Shown: positions 50,993 through 60,960 of the stretch, piece by piece
How positions within the stretch are numbered: position 1 is the stretch's first letter
Layout: each line of letters starts with the position of its first letter
Assembly: GCA_963787125.1 (NCBI GenBank)
Contig: CAWBBV010000001.1
Coordinates: 128,001-192,000 of the forward strand
Direction: 5' to 3'
Source of the DNA: an uncultured delta proteobacterium
GTDB lineage: Bacteria > Desulfobacterota > Desulfuromonadia > Geobacterales > DSM-12255
Length of the DNA: 64,000 nucleotides
Notes under the pieces: generated by a model
Databases searched by the model: none
Told to the model about the DNA's origin: nothing
What the model saw: only the letters and a program-made list of their open reading frames with translations
Program-made: the position numbers and the translations under genes

Positions 50993-52912
50993 ATGCCAAA
51001 GCCCAAAAAATCTGAAAAACTGAAAAAACCGAAATCCATATCATCGACTCAATCCCTCTCGTCCTTCGTCAAATCAATCTGCGACATCATGCGCCGTTCC
51101 AACTGCGCCAGTGCCTTGCAGTATGTGCCCGAGCTGACCTGGATTCTTTTCCTCCGTATCCTCGATGCCCAGGAAGATAAACAGCGGGAAGACGCTGAGG
51201 CCGTTGGCAAGTCCTTTTCCCCGGCCATCAGGGAGCCGTTCCGCTGGCAGGACTGGGCCGCGCCGCCACCAAAGAATGATGCCGAGGCCCTGGCGCATCC
51301 GCGAACACGGGAAGGGAAACTGTTCGGCTGGAAACGGGCCGAGCTCACCGCCGGGAAAATCGGTGACTTCTTCGCCTTCATCAACAAGGAGCTGCTTCCC
51401 TACATGCACGCTCTGGATGTGCTGCCGGATGGACGCTCCAATCCCTCGGCCACTCCGAAACAGCGGGTCTTGGGCCGGATCATGGCTTCCGTGGAGCGGA
51501 CGAGGGTGGATGATGAAGCGAATCTGGGCGATATCCTCGACAAGGTTCATACAATCAGTATCGATCACATCGACGACCAGCACTTCTTTACCCTGTCACA
51601 GGTGTACGAAGACCTGCTGCTGAAGATGGGGGAGAAGAACTCGGACGGCGGCCAATTCTTTACGCCGCGCGAGGTGATCCGGGCCATGGTGCGGACCATC
51701 GATCCACAGCCCCATGAGAAGGTTTACGACCCATGCTGCGGCACCGGCGGCTTTCTGGCCCAGACCTACGAACTGCTGGAGCAAAAGCTCGGCGATGCGC
51801 CGGCGTCAACCGATCTTGCCCGGCTCAAGACGGAAACCTTCTTCGGCCGCGAAAAGGAGAATCTGGTTTTCCCTATCGCCCTGGCCAACCTGGTACTGCA
51901 CGGTATCGATCAGCCAAATCTGTGGCACGGCAATACCCTGACCGGAGCGCCGACCTACGATGCCTTGTTCGAGGGCGCACCGCCGACTTTTGACGTTATC
52001 CTGACCAATCCCCCCTTTGGCGGCAAGGAAGGGAAGGCGGCGCAGAAGAATTACAGTTTTGAGACCGGTTCGACTCAGGTGCTGTTTCTGCAGCATGTGT
52101 TGTCGGAGCTGTCGCCAACGGGGCGCTGCGGAATCGTCCTTGACGAGGGGCTGCTGTTTCGCACCAATGAAAGCGCTTTCGTGGAGACAAAGCGAAAGCT
52201 GCTGGATGAGTGCGATCTCTGGTGCATCGTCAGCCTGCCGGGCGGGGTGTTCTCCACTGCCGGGGCTGGAGTGAAGACCAACCTGCTGTTCTTCACCAAA
52301 GGCAAGAAGACCGAGCGCATCTGGTATTACGATCTCTCTCACATCAAGATGGGCAAGAAATCACCGATGACGCTGGCGCATTTTGGCTGGGGGAGTCATG
52401 GTGAGCTGCTGGATGATGCCGCGCTGCCAGCTACCCTGATCCGCGACTGGCGCGAGCAGGAGGGCAATGAAGGGAAAGCATTCCCGAGTTTTGCCCGGAT
52501 GCTCGCCAGTCGCGACACCAAGGACGGCGAAAGCGATTTCTCCTGGACAGTGGATTATGTGGTTCGAAGGGCCAAGGCACGCGAGGAGATGGCTCCACAC
52601 CTTGAGGAAGTAGAAAAGCAGAAGGTCGAGACGGTCAAGCTGAAAGAGAAATTGTCTGCCTTGAGAAAATCGAACGCAGACGACAAAAAAATGTCCTCCT
52701 GCCGCGAAGCTCTGGCTGCGACAGAAAAAGCCGCCCGTGAAGCACAGGCGAAAGCTGATGCGATTGATGCGGCGGTATATGACTTGAAGGCAGTGAATCC
52801 CCGTGCCAGGATTGATCGTGATGAACGGACAGCTGCGGAGGTTGTTACTGCTATTGAGAACTATGGAAAAACTGTGGATGCTGCATTGGCTAGGTTGAAG
52901 TCACTTTTATAA
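50993..52912 (+). CDS. hsdM: Type I N6-adenine methyltransferase M subunit
   Basis: GQFFTPR, YDPCCGTGGFL, NPPF, C-terminal coiled coil. Confidence 0.93.
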   Translation: MPKPKKSEKLKKPKSISSTQSLSSFVKSICDIMRRSNCASALQYVPELTWILFLRILDAQEDKQREDAEAVGKSFSPAIREPFRWQDWAAPPPKNDAEALAHPRTREGKLFGWKRAELTAGKIGDFFAFINKELLPYMHALDVLPDGRSNPSATPKQRVLGRIMASVERTRVDDEANLGDILDKVHTISIDHIDDQHFFTLSQVYEDLLLKMGEKNSDGGQFFTPREVIRAMVRTIDPQPHEKVYDPCCGTGGFLAQTYELLEQKLGDAPASTDLARLKTETFFGREKENLVFPIALANLVLHGIDQPNLWHGNTLTGAPTYDALFEGAPPTFDVILTNPPFGGKEGKAAQKNYSFETGSTQVLFLQHVLSELSPTGRCGIVLDEGLLFRTNESAFVETKRKLLDECDLWCIVSLPGGVFSTAGAGVKTNLLFFTKGKKTERIWYYDLSHIKMGKKSPMTLAHFGWGSHGELLDDAALPATLIRDWREQEGNEGKAFPSFARMLASRDTKDGESDFSWTVDYVVRRAKAREEMAPHLEEVEKQKVETVKLKEKLSALRKSNADDKKMSSCREALAATEKAAREAQAKADAIDAAVYDLKAVNPRARIDRDERTAAEVVTAIENYGKTVDAALARLKSLL

Positions 52913-52914
52913 AG

Positions 52915-54783
52915 ATGCCATTGAAAATGTTTATCCTCGACACAGTCGTCTATTTTCAGCGGAGCAGATTCTACCTGTTAAAATTAAAAACCGCCATCAT
53001 CCTCTGCCTCATTGTCGCTACTATCGCCGCCTACTGGCAGATCGCCGGCAATGGTTTCATCAATTTCGACGACCCGGAATATCTTTATGCCAACCCCCAT
53101 GTTCTCAAGGGATTAACACCGGAAAACCTTGTCTGGGCGCTGTCCGCCACTGATTACAGCAACTGGCACCCGTTGACCTGGCTCGTCCATATGTTGAATT
53201 ATCAACTGTTCGGACTCAATCCGTCCGGACATCATCTGGTGAGTCTGGGGCTGCACACGGCAAACGTAGTCGTGCTTTTTCTTCTGCTGCGTCGCATGAC
53301 CGGCGCACTCTGGCGTAGCGCCGCTGTTGCCGCGCTGTTCGCGCTTCATCCGTTGCATGTGGAATCGGTTGCCTGGGCCGCGGAATTGAAAGATCTGCTC
53401 AGCACTTTTTGCGGCTTTTTATGCCTCTATGCCTATGTACGCTATAGTGAATCGCCACAAACCGGGCGTTACCTGCCGGTGCTCCTACTGTTGGCCCTGG
53501 GTCTCATGGCAAAACCAATGCTGGTTACGCTGCCGTTGGTGATGCTGTTGCTTGATTATTGGCCGTTGCAGCGCTTTGGCAAAAATAATGGTGGAGCTAA
53601 CGAGTGCTCAGTCTGGCGCATAGTTCAGGAAAAGATTCCGCTGGTCTGCCTGAGCAGTGTCTCCTGCCTGATTACTTTCTATGCCCAGCAAAAAGGACTG
53701 GCGATCCGGTCACTTACCGAGACTACCCTTTTAGCCAGGATCGCCAATGCTCTGACTTCATACGCTGCCTATCTCGGCAAAACATTCTGGCCTCTCGATC
53801 TTGCGGTCCTCTATCCGTTCCCGCCGGAAGTCCACGTTTGGCGGGGGCTCCTGGCCGCACTGCTGCTGGTGGCCATCAGTTTTGTTACTTTCCGAACAAG
53901 GAAGAGTTGTCCTTACATTATCGTCGGCTGGCTCTGGTTTCTCGGCACGCTGGCACCGGTCATCGGTATCGTCAGGGTAGGGATGCAGTCGATGGCTGAT
54001 CGTTATATGTATTTTCCACTGACAGGAATCCTGATCATGGTGGTTTGGGGTGTTTCCGAAGCTGCTTCAGATTTGAGGTGGCGCCAAGCGTTTCTGGCAC
54101 TGGCGACCGCCACCGCATTAAGCCTCTCTGCGGCTGTCACCTGGCGTCAGTCGGCGTATTGGCAGAGTAACAGCACCCTTTATCGCCGAACCCTTGCGGT
54201 AACCGGTGACAACTTCATCATTGAGAACAATCTCGGTTTCGCCCTGGATGGTGAGGGTAGATTCGCTGAAGCCACGGACCATTACCATGAGGCACTCCGC
54301 ATCGCCCCATGGTACGCCAGGTCATTACTTAACATGGGGGTGACTCTGCGCAAGCAGGGCAAAGTTGATGAAGCGGTCAAATATCTGCAGAGTGCCCTTG
54401 TGCAACAGCCTGATAACGCCGCAGCATACAACGAGCTTGGCGTGGCAATGCTGCAGAAGGGAGAGCTTGATGACGCCGTGACAAACCTGCAGCTGGCAGT
54501 CAGGTTCGATCCCGGCCTGGCGGATGCATATTACAATCTTGGCCTGACGTTTGCGCGCGCCGGGAATTCGGTTGCAGCAGTTGACTGCTATAGCCGCTCA
54601 TTGCAACTCAAGCCGGATGATTTCGACGGTCATTATAACCTAGGCATCGAATATGCCCGGCAACAACGGTATGATGAAGCGATCCGGCATTTTAACAGGG
54701 TGCTGGCGCTGAACCCTGACCGGGAGCTGTATCTGCTGGCTCAGCAGGGGATCGAAAAAGCTTTACGCCTTAAAGCCCGATAA
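52915..54783 (+). CDS. GT-C-type membrane glycosyltransferase-like protein with C-terminal TPRs
   Basis: FDD, WHPLTW, HPLHVESVAW, ADRYMY, multiple TPR repeats; true start may be downstream. Confidence 0.8.
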   Translation: MPLKMFILDTVVYFQRSRFYLLKLKTAIILCLIVATIAAYWQIAGNGFINFDDPEYLYANPHVLKGLTPENLVWALSATDYSNWHPLTWLVHMLNYQLFGLNPSGHHLVSLGLHTANVVVLFLLLRRMTGALWRSAAVAALFALHPLHVESVAWAAELKDLLSTFCGFLCLYAYVRYSESPQTGRYLPVLLLLALGLMAKPMLVTLPLVMLLLDYWPLQRFGKNNGGANECSVWRIVQEKIPLVCLSSVSCLITFYAQQKGLAIRSLTETTLLARIANALTSYAAYLGKTFWPLDLAVLYPFPPEVHVWRGLLAALLLVAISFVTFRTRKSCPYIIVGWLWFLGTLAPVIGIVRVGMQSMADRYMYFPLTGILIMVVWGVSEAASDLRWRQAFLALATATALSLSAAVTWRQSAYWQSNSTLYRRTLAVTGDNFIIENNLGFALDGEGRFAEATDHYHEALRIAPWYARSLLNMGVTLRKQGKVDEAVKYLQSALVQQPDNAAAYNELGVAMLQKGELDDAVTNLQLAVRFDPGLADAYYNLGLTFARAGNSVAAVDCYSRSLQLKPDDFDGHYNLGIEYARQQRYDEAIRHFNRVLALNPDRELYLLAQQGIEKALRLKAR

Positions 54784-54880
54784 CTTATTAGCCCTTTCAA
54801 GCATAATCCAGATTGAAACGCTTGGCAAAATCTGCGATTATTCACGACTGTTCAGAAACGCGAGATAAAAAGAGGTTTTC

Positions 54881-56551
54881 ATGTCAACCAACAGCACTAT
54901 TCCGCTTCAGGCGGCAAATTTTATCCGGAACATTGTTGCCGATGATCTGGCCAGCGGCAAGCATCAAACCATTGTCACCCGCTTTCCTCCCGAACCAAAC
55001 GGCTACCTGCATATCGGTCATGCCAAGTCGATCTGCCTGAACTTCGGCGTTGCCAGAGATTTTGGCGGTCAATGTCATCTCCGCTTTGACGACACCAATC
55101 CTGCCAAAGAGGATGTGGAGTATACCGAATCCATAAAAGAGAATGTCAAATGGCTCGGCTTTGACTGGGGTGAGCATCTCTACTACGCATCGGACTATTT
55201 CCAGCAGCTCTACGATTGGGCAGAAGTCCTGATTACTGAAGGGAAAGCATACGTTGATGATCTCTCGGCCGAAGAGATCCGCAGCTATCGTGGCACCTTG
55301 ACGGAACCAGGGACTGAGAGCCCGTTCAGGAGCCGCACGCCGGAAGAAAACCTGACGCTGCTGCGCCGGATGCGGGCAGGTGAGTTTCCTGACGGCAGCA
55401 AGGTAGTGCGGGCAAAGATCGATATGGCGGCACCAAATATTAATCTGCGCGATCCGGTCATATATCGCATCCTGCGGGCGACTCACCCCCATACGGGCGA
55501 TGCCTGGTGCATCTACCCGATGTACGATTATGCCCACGGCCAGTCCGATGCCATCGAAGGGGTGACTCATTCCATCTGTACGCTGGAATTTGAGGATCAC
55601 AAGCCGCTTTATGAATGGTTTCTCGGCAATCTGCCGGTTCCGGCAATCCCGAAACAGTACGAATTCTCTCGGTTGAATCTCACCTACACGGTCATGAGCA
55701 AGCGCAAGCTTTTGCAACTTGTTCAAGACGGTGATGTTGCCGGCTGGGACGACCCGCGCATGCCGACGCTGGCGGGCCTGCGGCGCCGGGGGTATACTCC
55801 GGAATCCATCCGCAGCTTCTGCGAGCGTATCGGGGTTGGTCGCAGTGATTCCTGGATCGACATGAGCATTCTGGAAGAGTGCGTCAGGGAAGGTCTGAAC
55901 AGCAGCGCCCGCCGGGTTATGGCGGTGCTGCAGCCGGTGAGGCTGTTAATCGATAATTATCCCGCCAATACGTGTGAGGAGCTTGTCATCCCCTACCATC
56001 CCCAGCAGCCTGAGCTCGGCAGCCGCACGGTGCCTTTCAGTGGTGAGCTGTTCATCGAGGCGGATGATTTTCAGGAGGTGCCGGAAAAAGGGTTCAAACG
56101 ACTGACGCTTGGAGGTGAGGTCAGGCTGCGCAACGCCTATATCATCCGCTGCGACAGCGTTGAGAAAGATCCTTCAGGAGCTGTTACCGTGTTGCACTGC
56201 ACCTATGATGCGGATAGCAAAAGCGGTCTGGCTGGGAGTGACCGCAAGGTAAAAGGGGTAATCCACTGGGTGTCGGCGCGCCACTCCATCAGCGCCCCGG
56301 TGCGGCTTTATGACCGGTTGATCTCGGTTGCCAGCCCGGCAGGGGATGACTGGAAAAGCGCCCTTAATCCGGACTCAGTACAGTTGCTGACCGACGCCCG
56401 TCTGGAACCGTCACTGGCAGCGGCCCAGCCCGAAGAGCGTTTTCAGTTCGAACGACTGGGGTATTTCACAGCGGATCAACAGGAGACGCAATCGGGCAGG
56501 CCGGTCTTTAACCGGACGGTAACGCTGCGTGATTCATGGGCAAAGAGATAA
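54881..56551 (+). CDS. glnS: Glutamine--tRNA ligase
   Basis: [31 protein letters not shown]. Confidence 0.97.
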   Translation: MSTNSTIPLQAANFIRNIVADDLASGKHQTIVTRFPPEPNGYLHIGHAKSICLNFGVARDFGGQCHLRFDDTNPAKEDVEYTESIKENVKWLGFDWGEHLYYASDYFQQLYDWAEVLITEGKAYVDDLSAEEIRSYRGTLTEPGTESPFRSRTPEENLTLLRRMRAGEFPDGSKVVRAKIDMAAPNINLRDPVIYRILRATHPHTGDAWCIYPMYDYAHGQSDAIEGVTHSICTLEFEDHKPLYEWFLGNLPVPAIPKQYEFSRLNLTYTVMSKRKLLQLVQDGDVAGWDDPRMPTLAGLRRRGYTPESIRSFCERIGVGRSDSWIDMSILEECVREGLNSSARRVMAVLQPVRLLIDNYPANTCEELVIPYHPQQPELGSRTVPFSGELFIEADDFQEVPEKGFKRLTLGGEVRLRNAYIIRCDSVEKDPSGAVTVLHCTYDADSKSGLAGSDRKVKGVIHWVSARHSISAPVRLYDRLISVASPAGDDWKSALNPDSVQLLTDARLEPSLAAAQPEERFQFERLGYFTADQQETQSGRPVFNRTVTLRDSWAKR

Positions 56552-57025
56552 TTATTTCAGTTCTTTGAGAGTCTGTGGCGTGATCTCGTTAAAGCGGAGT
56601 ATTTTTTTACCCTTATGATCAATCAGGAATGAAGCGGCATCTTTCTGCGTGGCAAACGGGACCAGTTCAGCCCCCATTGGGCCGTAGACATCACTGCCAA
56701 CAACAAAAAACGCTTTTCTGGCATCGATCATTTTCTGCGTATAATATTCTTTTACCGCATGGCTGCTTATGTCGCTCTGTTTTTTACCCGGGGTATAGCG
56801 CCCGGCATTGAGATAGTGGCTGAACATATCTTTTGGCCCGTCAAAGAAATATGTTGTGCCGTCACTGACTTGCGCAGAGGCTGTCCAGGTCGGGAATTTA
56901 GCCACAAACATCCCGCAAACCGGGCATTTATCCTTTGCCGTGGGGGTAGCCGCAGCCAAGGCAAATGATGTGATGAGCAGCAGGGTCGGAAGAATCAGTA
57001 CTGCAACGGTAGTAAATCTTTTCAT
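56552..57025 (-). CDS. NosL-family copper-binding exported protein
   Basis: Signal peptide, CPVCGM, FFD, GSDVYGPMG, DHKG. Confidence 0.85.
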   Translation of the reverse strand: MKRFTTVAVLILPTLLLITSFALAAATPTAKDKCPVCGMFVAKFPTWTASAQVSDGTTYFFDGPKDMFSHYLNAGRYTPGKKQSDISSHAVKEYYTQKMIDARKAFFVVGSDVYGPMGAELVPFATQKDAASFLIDHKGKKILRFNEITPQTLKELK

Positions 57026-57045
57026 GGCGTCCTTTTAAATAAACA

Positions 57046-57084
57046 AGACGGGCCCGGCAAATATTCAATCTGCCGGGCCTGTTG
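57046..57084. terminator. Intergenic hairpin between the NosL-like genes
   Basis: gacgggcccggca...tgccgggcctgtt. Confidence 0.55.
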
Positions 57085-57092
57085 TTGAGTTC

Positions 57093-57572
57093 CTACATCT
57101 TATGGCCGCTGTGGCCTTTGGGTTTGTCCTGTTCTGCCAACTCTTTCTCCGTAACTTTTACCACATCGTCAAAAGTGGCCAGCTTGCCGCCGTTCCCCTT
57201 GATGAACTTCTCCGCGCCGCTTTTATCGGCAAAAGCCCATTTGGCAACCTGAGTCATAACCCCCTGCTTCTTGCCGCCGATAACCCAGGTTGCAGTTTTG
57301 GCGTCGATAAGTTTTTTGCTGTCATAGTCACCCACCTGGAATGATTTGACCTCTTTCCCCTTGTTCGCCTTCAAATCAACGACTGCACAGTTGATGCTGC
57401 AGGTGCCGGTGCTGCCGTCTTTGTAGGTCACCACCATCCGGCTCTGGGCAAATTTAGTCCGGTTCATGCCGCATTTCTGGCAGTCGGCCGGGGCTTCCAC
57501 TTTTGTGTCCGCTGCCAGGCAGGTTGTGCCCAAAGCAAGCAGCAGCATGATGCTTATCCAAAGTCTTGTCAT
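57093..57572 (-). CDS. NosL-family protein (second type)
   Basis: CQKCGM, CSINC, IDAKTA.WVIG..GVMT. Confidence 0.8.
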   Translation of the reverse strand: MTRLWISIMLLLALGTTCLAADTKVEAPADCQKCGMNRTKFAQSRMVVTYKDGSTGTCSINCAVVDLKANKGKEVKSFQVGDYDSKKLIDAKTATWVIGGKKQGVMTQVAKWAFADKSGAEKFIKGNGGKLATFDDVVKVTEKELAEQDKPKGHSGHKM

Positions 57573-57596
57573 GTTAAAATCGCTCCGTGTCATTAG

Positions 57597-57977
57597 TTAT
57601 TTTTTCACCTTTACCATGTCCTTGCCGCAGCCGCATTTGCCCGCTTTCTGACTGACAAAACCGCAGTCACAGCCTTCACCACAGCCGCACATGAATTTCC
57701 CTTTCTGTGGGGCAGAGAGTTCCTTGCCTTCAAGGTTGTAATAGACTTTGCCCTTTTCCACCTTGGTGATCGTGGTTTTTACCAGCTTCTGGCCGCAGCC
57801 GCATTCACCCTCCTTTTTGGCGAGAGTGCCGCACTTGCAGGAGGCGCCGCAGGAGCAGACGTAAATCTCATCACCTGCCTTGGCGTCAAACTTCCCTTTC
57901 GATCCTTTGTCGGCAAATGCCAGCCCAACTGTAGCTAAAACGAACAGCGAGATTACAACAAGAACGAGTTTTTTCAT
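57597..57977 (-). CDS. Exported Cys-rich (metallothionein-like) protein
   Basis: Signal peptide plus two CxCGxxCxCG-x8-CGCG repeats; AAGGAGG RBS. Confidence 0.75.
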   Translation of the reverse strand: MKKLVLVVISLFVLATVGLAFADKGSKGKFDAKAGDEIYVCSCGASCKCGTLAKKEGECGCGQKLVKTTITKVEKGKVYYNLEGKELSAPQKGKFMCGCGEGCDCGFVSQKAGKCGCGKDMVKVKK

Positions 57978-58094
57978 GATGTTTCCTCCTTATGGAAATA
58001 GTACATACATAATATCCAAGAAAGGAGAATTGTCCAGAGAATCACGGCGGCACGCTATAGCTCGGGATTCTTTTGACAGTGGCAAGCACTGCGT

Positions 58095-58124
58095 TGTAAG
58101 CCCCCAGTTGCAGGGGGGCTTACA
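58095..58124. terminator. Intergenic hairpin
   Basis: tgtaagccccc...gggggcttaca. Confidence 0.55.
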
Positions 58125-58167
58125 ATCGGTTTTATGAGCTGAGCATTGGGCACTTATGCCGCACCGG

Positions 58168-59061
58168 TTACTGTTTCGTTATCACCTGGGACTGCGGTAC
58201 ACCCATCATTGTTCCCATACTTCCATACCCCGCCATACTCGTTCCGGTCATGCAGGTCGTCATCATCATCCCCCCTGCAGTACAGTCTGCATAGGCCAGT
58301 TTGTTTATTTGGGCCGGTGTCAACGCTGTTGTCGGGTCTGTGGTGTTAACAAAGATCATGGCGTAAGCGTTGTGGTTATTGGGAGTACCCGCCGTCAAGC
58401 CGTAGTAATGTGTCCCCCCCGGAGCAAATCCGCCAAGATCAAACGTGTCGGTTGTGGTCAACGCAAAGGTAGTTACCAGCAGACCGCCCAGGGTTGCATC
58501 GGCCACCGACGACAGCTGATTGTTGAGCGTTACCGTGGTCATCGGCGGGCCATACACCGGCGGAGTGCCGTTTTTGGTCATGGACTGGGTTAGCGAGCCG
58601 GTCAGGTTCGTTACAGCCTTACTAGTGGCATCATAGGTGAATGTCCCGGTGAAGATGGAATCATTGGGCTGAGTCATCGGCTCATGAAATGTTTCAATAA
58701 CTTTGTAAAAATTAAGAAGCCCGGTGGTAGCCGGCGCGCTGGTTCCCACGCCGTTGGTGGCAACCACACTGTAGGTGTAGGCGGTTTGTGGCGTCAGCCC
58801 GCTCAGGGCAATCGGTGAGGAGGCCCCTGTCGCGGTGATTCCGCCGGGATTGGCAGTTACCGTATAGCCGGTGATTGAACTGCCACCGTTAGAAGCAGGC
58901 GAGGTAAAACTTACCGAAGCTGTCGTGCCTAAAGTGGGTCCAGCTGCTACCTTTACATTAGTCGGCGTAGTGGCTACGGTGGGACTGCTGTCGCCACCCC
59001 CGCCGCATGCAGCCAGGGATATACCTATAATTAATGTCAGAAATAATTTAATTGAATTCAT
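58168..59061 (-). CDS. Lipoprotein: FN3 domain plus Met/Cys-rich C-terminal domain
   Basis: Lipobox LAAC-GGGG; FN3 (P..NGGS.ITGYTV..GLTP.T.Y...V.ATN.VG); YADCTAGGMMMTTCMTGT. Confidence 0.8.
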   Translation of the reverse strand: MNSIKLFLTLIIGISLAACGGGGDSSPTVATTPTNVKVAAGPTLGTTASVSFTSPASNGGSSITGYTVTANPGGITATGASSPIALSGLTPQTAYTYSVVATNGVGTSAPATTGLLNFYKVIETFHEPMTQPNDSIFTGTFTYDATSKAVTNLTGSLTQSMTKNGTPPVYGPPMTTVTLNNQLSSVADATLGGLLVTTFALTTTDTFDLGGFAPGGTHYYGLTAGTPNNHNAYAMIFVNTTDPTTALTPAQINKLAYADCTAGGMMMTTCMTGTSMAGYGSMGTMMGVPQSQVITKQ

Positions 59062-59172
59062 TTTATCCTCCTCTTGTTTTGTAGCGTAATTGTTTGAAAT
59101 AAGGCGCCCCATTGCTCCGACGCCTCCACGAGAAGCTCCTTAAACAATCCTTGGCGGGACCTTTCAGGTGCT

Positions 59173-59655
59173 TCAGCTGGCGAGATTTCGCCTTGGAGGC
59201 GGATCCGGTGGATCTCCGGGCCAATCAGTCCGGCAAGCTGGAATATGTGCGCACTGTGATGCTTTAACGAACACGATATTACCCAGACTGAAAAGCGAAG
59301 GAAGCAGCTCACTCTGCGCTAATCCAGACAAAGCCAGGACTTTACTGCTACCGCACGAACACGAGCTGATCGTCGCAGTAGCAACCATTGGAGCATGTTT
59401 TTTTCGGCAGCACGCAGGTTCGTCATGATCGTCGTGCTGCTCCTGCAGCTGTTTTTTCTGCCAGCAGCAGCAGGTATGGTTGGCGCTCCGTTCGGGGGAA
59501 CAGCCGCAGATAGAGCAATCGGCAACACATTCTCCGGTAATGGCATGGGCAATCAGCGGAGAGTGCACGGCCAATGGCGCCAGCGGAGTCAGGATAATCA
59601 TCCCGTAGAGAATGACGAGCACGATTGCCGGTATGAAGCTGGGGAGTCTGCGCAT
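59173..59655 (-). CDS. Cys-rich membrane-anchored protein with C-terminal PPDPPP
   Basis: N-terminal hydrophobic segment, 13 Cys, His/acidic patch, ends GDPPDPPPRRNLAS. Confidence 0.7.
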   Translation of the reverse strand: MRRLPSFIPAIVLVILYGMIILTPLAPLAVHSPLIAHAITGECVADCSICGCSPERSANHTCCCWQKKQLQEQHDDHDEPACCRKKHAPMVATATISSCSCGSSKVLALSGLAQSELLPSLFSLGNIVFVKASQCAHIPACRTDWPGDPPDPPPRRNLAS

Positions 59656-59726
59656 CAGGTTTTTCTGTTGCTCCTTGGAGCGGTCAATACTGCTCAGCAC
59701 AATTACTAAACAGTCACCGCTAAATG

Positions 59727-60935
59727 TTATTGCTTCGTTATTGCCTGGGATACGGGGTGTCCACTCATCGATCCGAGCGTTCCATAACCTGCCACTGTCG
59801 TTCCGGTCATACAGGTCCCTCCCATCATGCCGCCGGGGGCGCAGTCTGCGTATGCCAATTTATCGATCTGGGTTTGTGTCAAGGCTGCTGTCGGATCCTT
59901 GGTGTTGACGAAGATCATAGCGTAAGCGTTACCCGAATTCGCCCCCGGGAAACCGTAGTACAAAGCGAACCCTGTACCGGGAGACCAGCCATCGGTACCA
60001 TTAAACGTTGGGTTGGTTGTAAACGTGTTCCTGGTATTCTGCATGAAGGTTGTAACCAGCAGACCATCCACTCCACCAAGTGTAACGGGCACTGCTGACA
60101 GCTGATAATTAAGCGGCAACCAGGTCATCGTGTCATGCGGGTAGGCTACCGCCCCCCCAGTCATGGCTTCGCTCAAACTGCCGCGTAGATCCGACACCGC
60201 ACCTGTCGTGGCATTAAACGTGAACGTGCCGATGAACAGCGTGTTTTTCGGATACGTGTCAGGCTCCTGAAAAGTTTCAGTGACGGTATAGGCGGTGATT
60301 ACGTCTGTTGAAACGGAAACCGTCATGGACTGTGTCACCTGCGGCGCCGCATTGAAGAAGGCGTCACCTGACTGGTTGGCAGCGACCGTACAGACACCTG
60401 CCGTAAGATCGGTTACCAGGCCGGTGCTGCTATCGACGGTACAGACGGTTGGAGTAGTGCTGCTATATGCCACCGGCAGGCCGGAACTGGCTGTGGCCGT
60501 GACGCTGGCCGTGCCGCCCAGGCTCAGCGGGGGCAGAGCGCCGAAGCTGATGGTCTGGTCGGGATTGACAATCACGGGTAGACTTTGCGTTACCTGCGGT
60601 GCCGGTGAATATTGGCTGTTACCGGACTGATCGGCGGCAATGATACAGGTGCCTGCCGTATTGGCAGTGACTGCACCTGTGCCGCTCTGGACGGAACAGA
60701 CCGTCGGCGTTGTGCTGCTGTAGGTGACTGCCAGGCCTGAGCTGGCCGTGGCCGCGACAGTGGCCGTGTTGCCCTGGACGAGCGGGGGCGCGGTGCCGAA
60801 GCTGATGGTCTGCGGATGGGCTCCAATAGCCGGGCCATCGCCACTGCCATAGCAGCCGCCCAGTGACACAACTGCCAAAGCAGTCAGGACAATGCCGAAG
60901 CCAGCTCTTTTGAGAAAATAGAATAGTATTTGCAT
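59727..60935 (-). CDS. Lipoprotein: two Ig-like repeats plus the same Met/Cys-rich domain
   Basis: Lipobox LGGC; QTISFG...ASSGL.V.YSSTTPTVC repeated twice; YADCAPGGMMGGTCMTGT. Confidence 0.8.
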   Translation of the reverse strand: MQILFYFLKRAGFGIVLTALAVVSLGGCYGSGDGPAIGAHPQTISFGTAPPLVQGNTATVAATASSGLAVTYSSTTPTVCSVQSGTGAVTANTAGTCIIAADQSGNSQYSPAPQVTQSLPVIVNPDQTISFGALPPLSLGGTASVTATASSGLPVAYSSTTPTVCTVDSSTGLVTDLTAGVCTVAANQSGDAFFNAAPQVTQSMTVSVSTDVITAYTVTETFQEPDTYPKNTLFIGTFTFNATTGAVSDLRGSLSEAMTGGAVAYPHDTMTWLPLNYQLSAVPVTLGGVDGLLVTTFMQNTRNTFTTNPTFNGTDGWSPGTGFALYYGFPGANSGNAYAMIFVNTKDPTAALTQTQIDKLAYADCAPGGMMGGTCMTGTTVAGYGTLGSMSGHPVSQAITKQ

Positions 60936-60960
60936 GATATCCCTTTTACTGCGTGCCTTT

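Noticed and set aside
56552..57572. NosL-like genes as evidence of a nitrous oxide reductase operon
   Set aside because: No nosZ, nosD, nosF or nosY in the window
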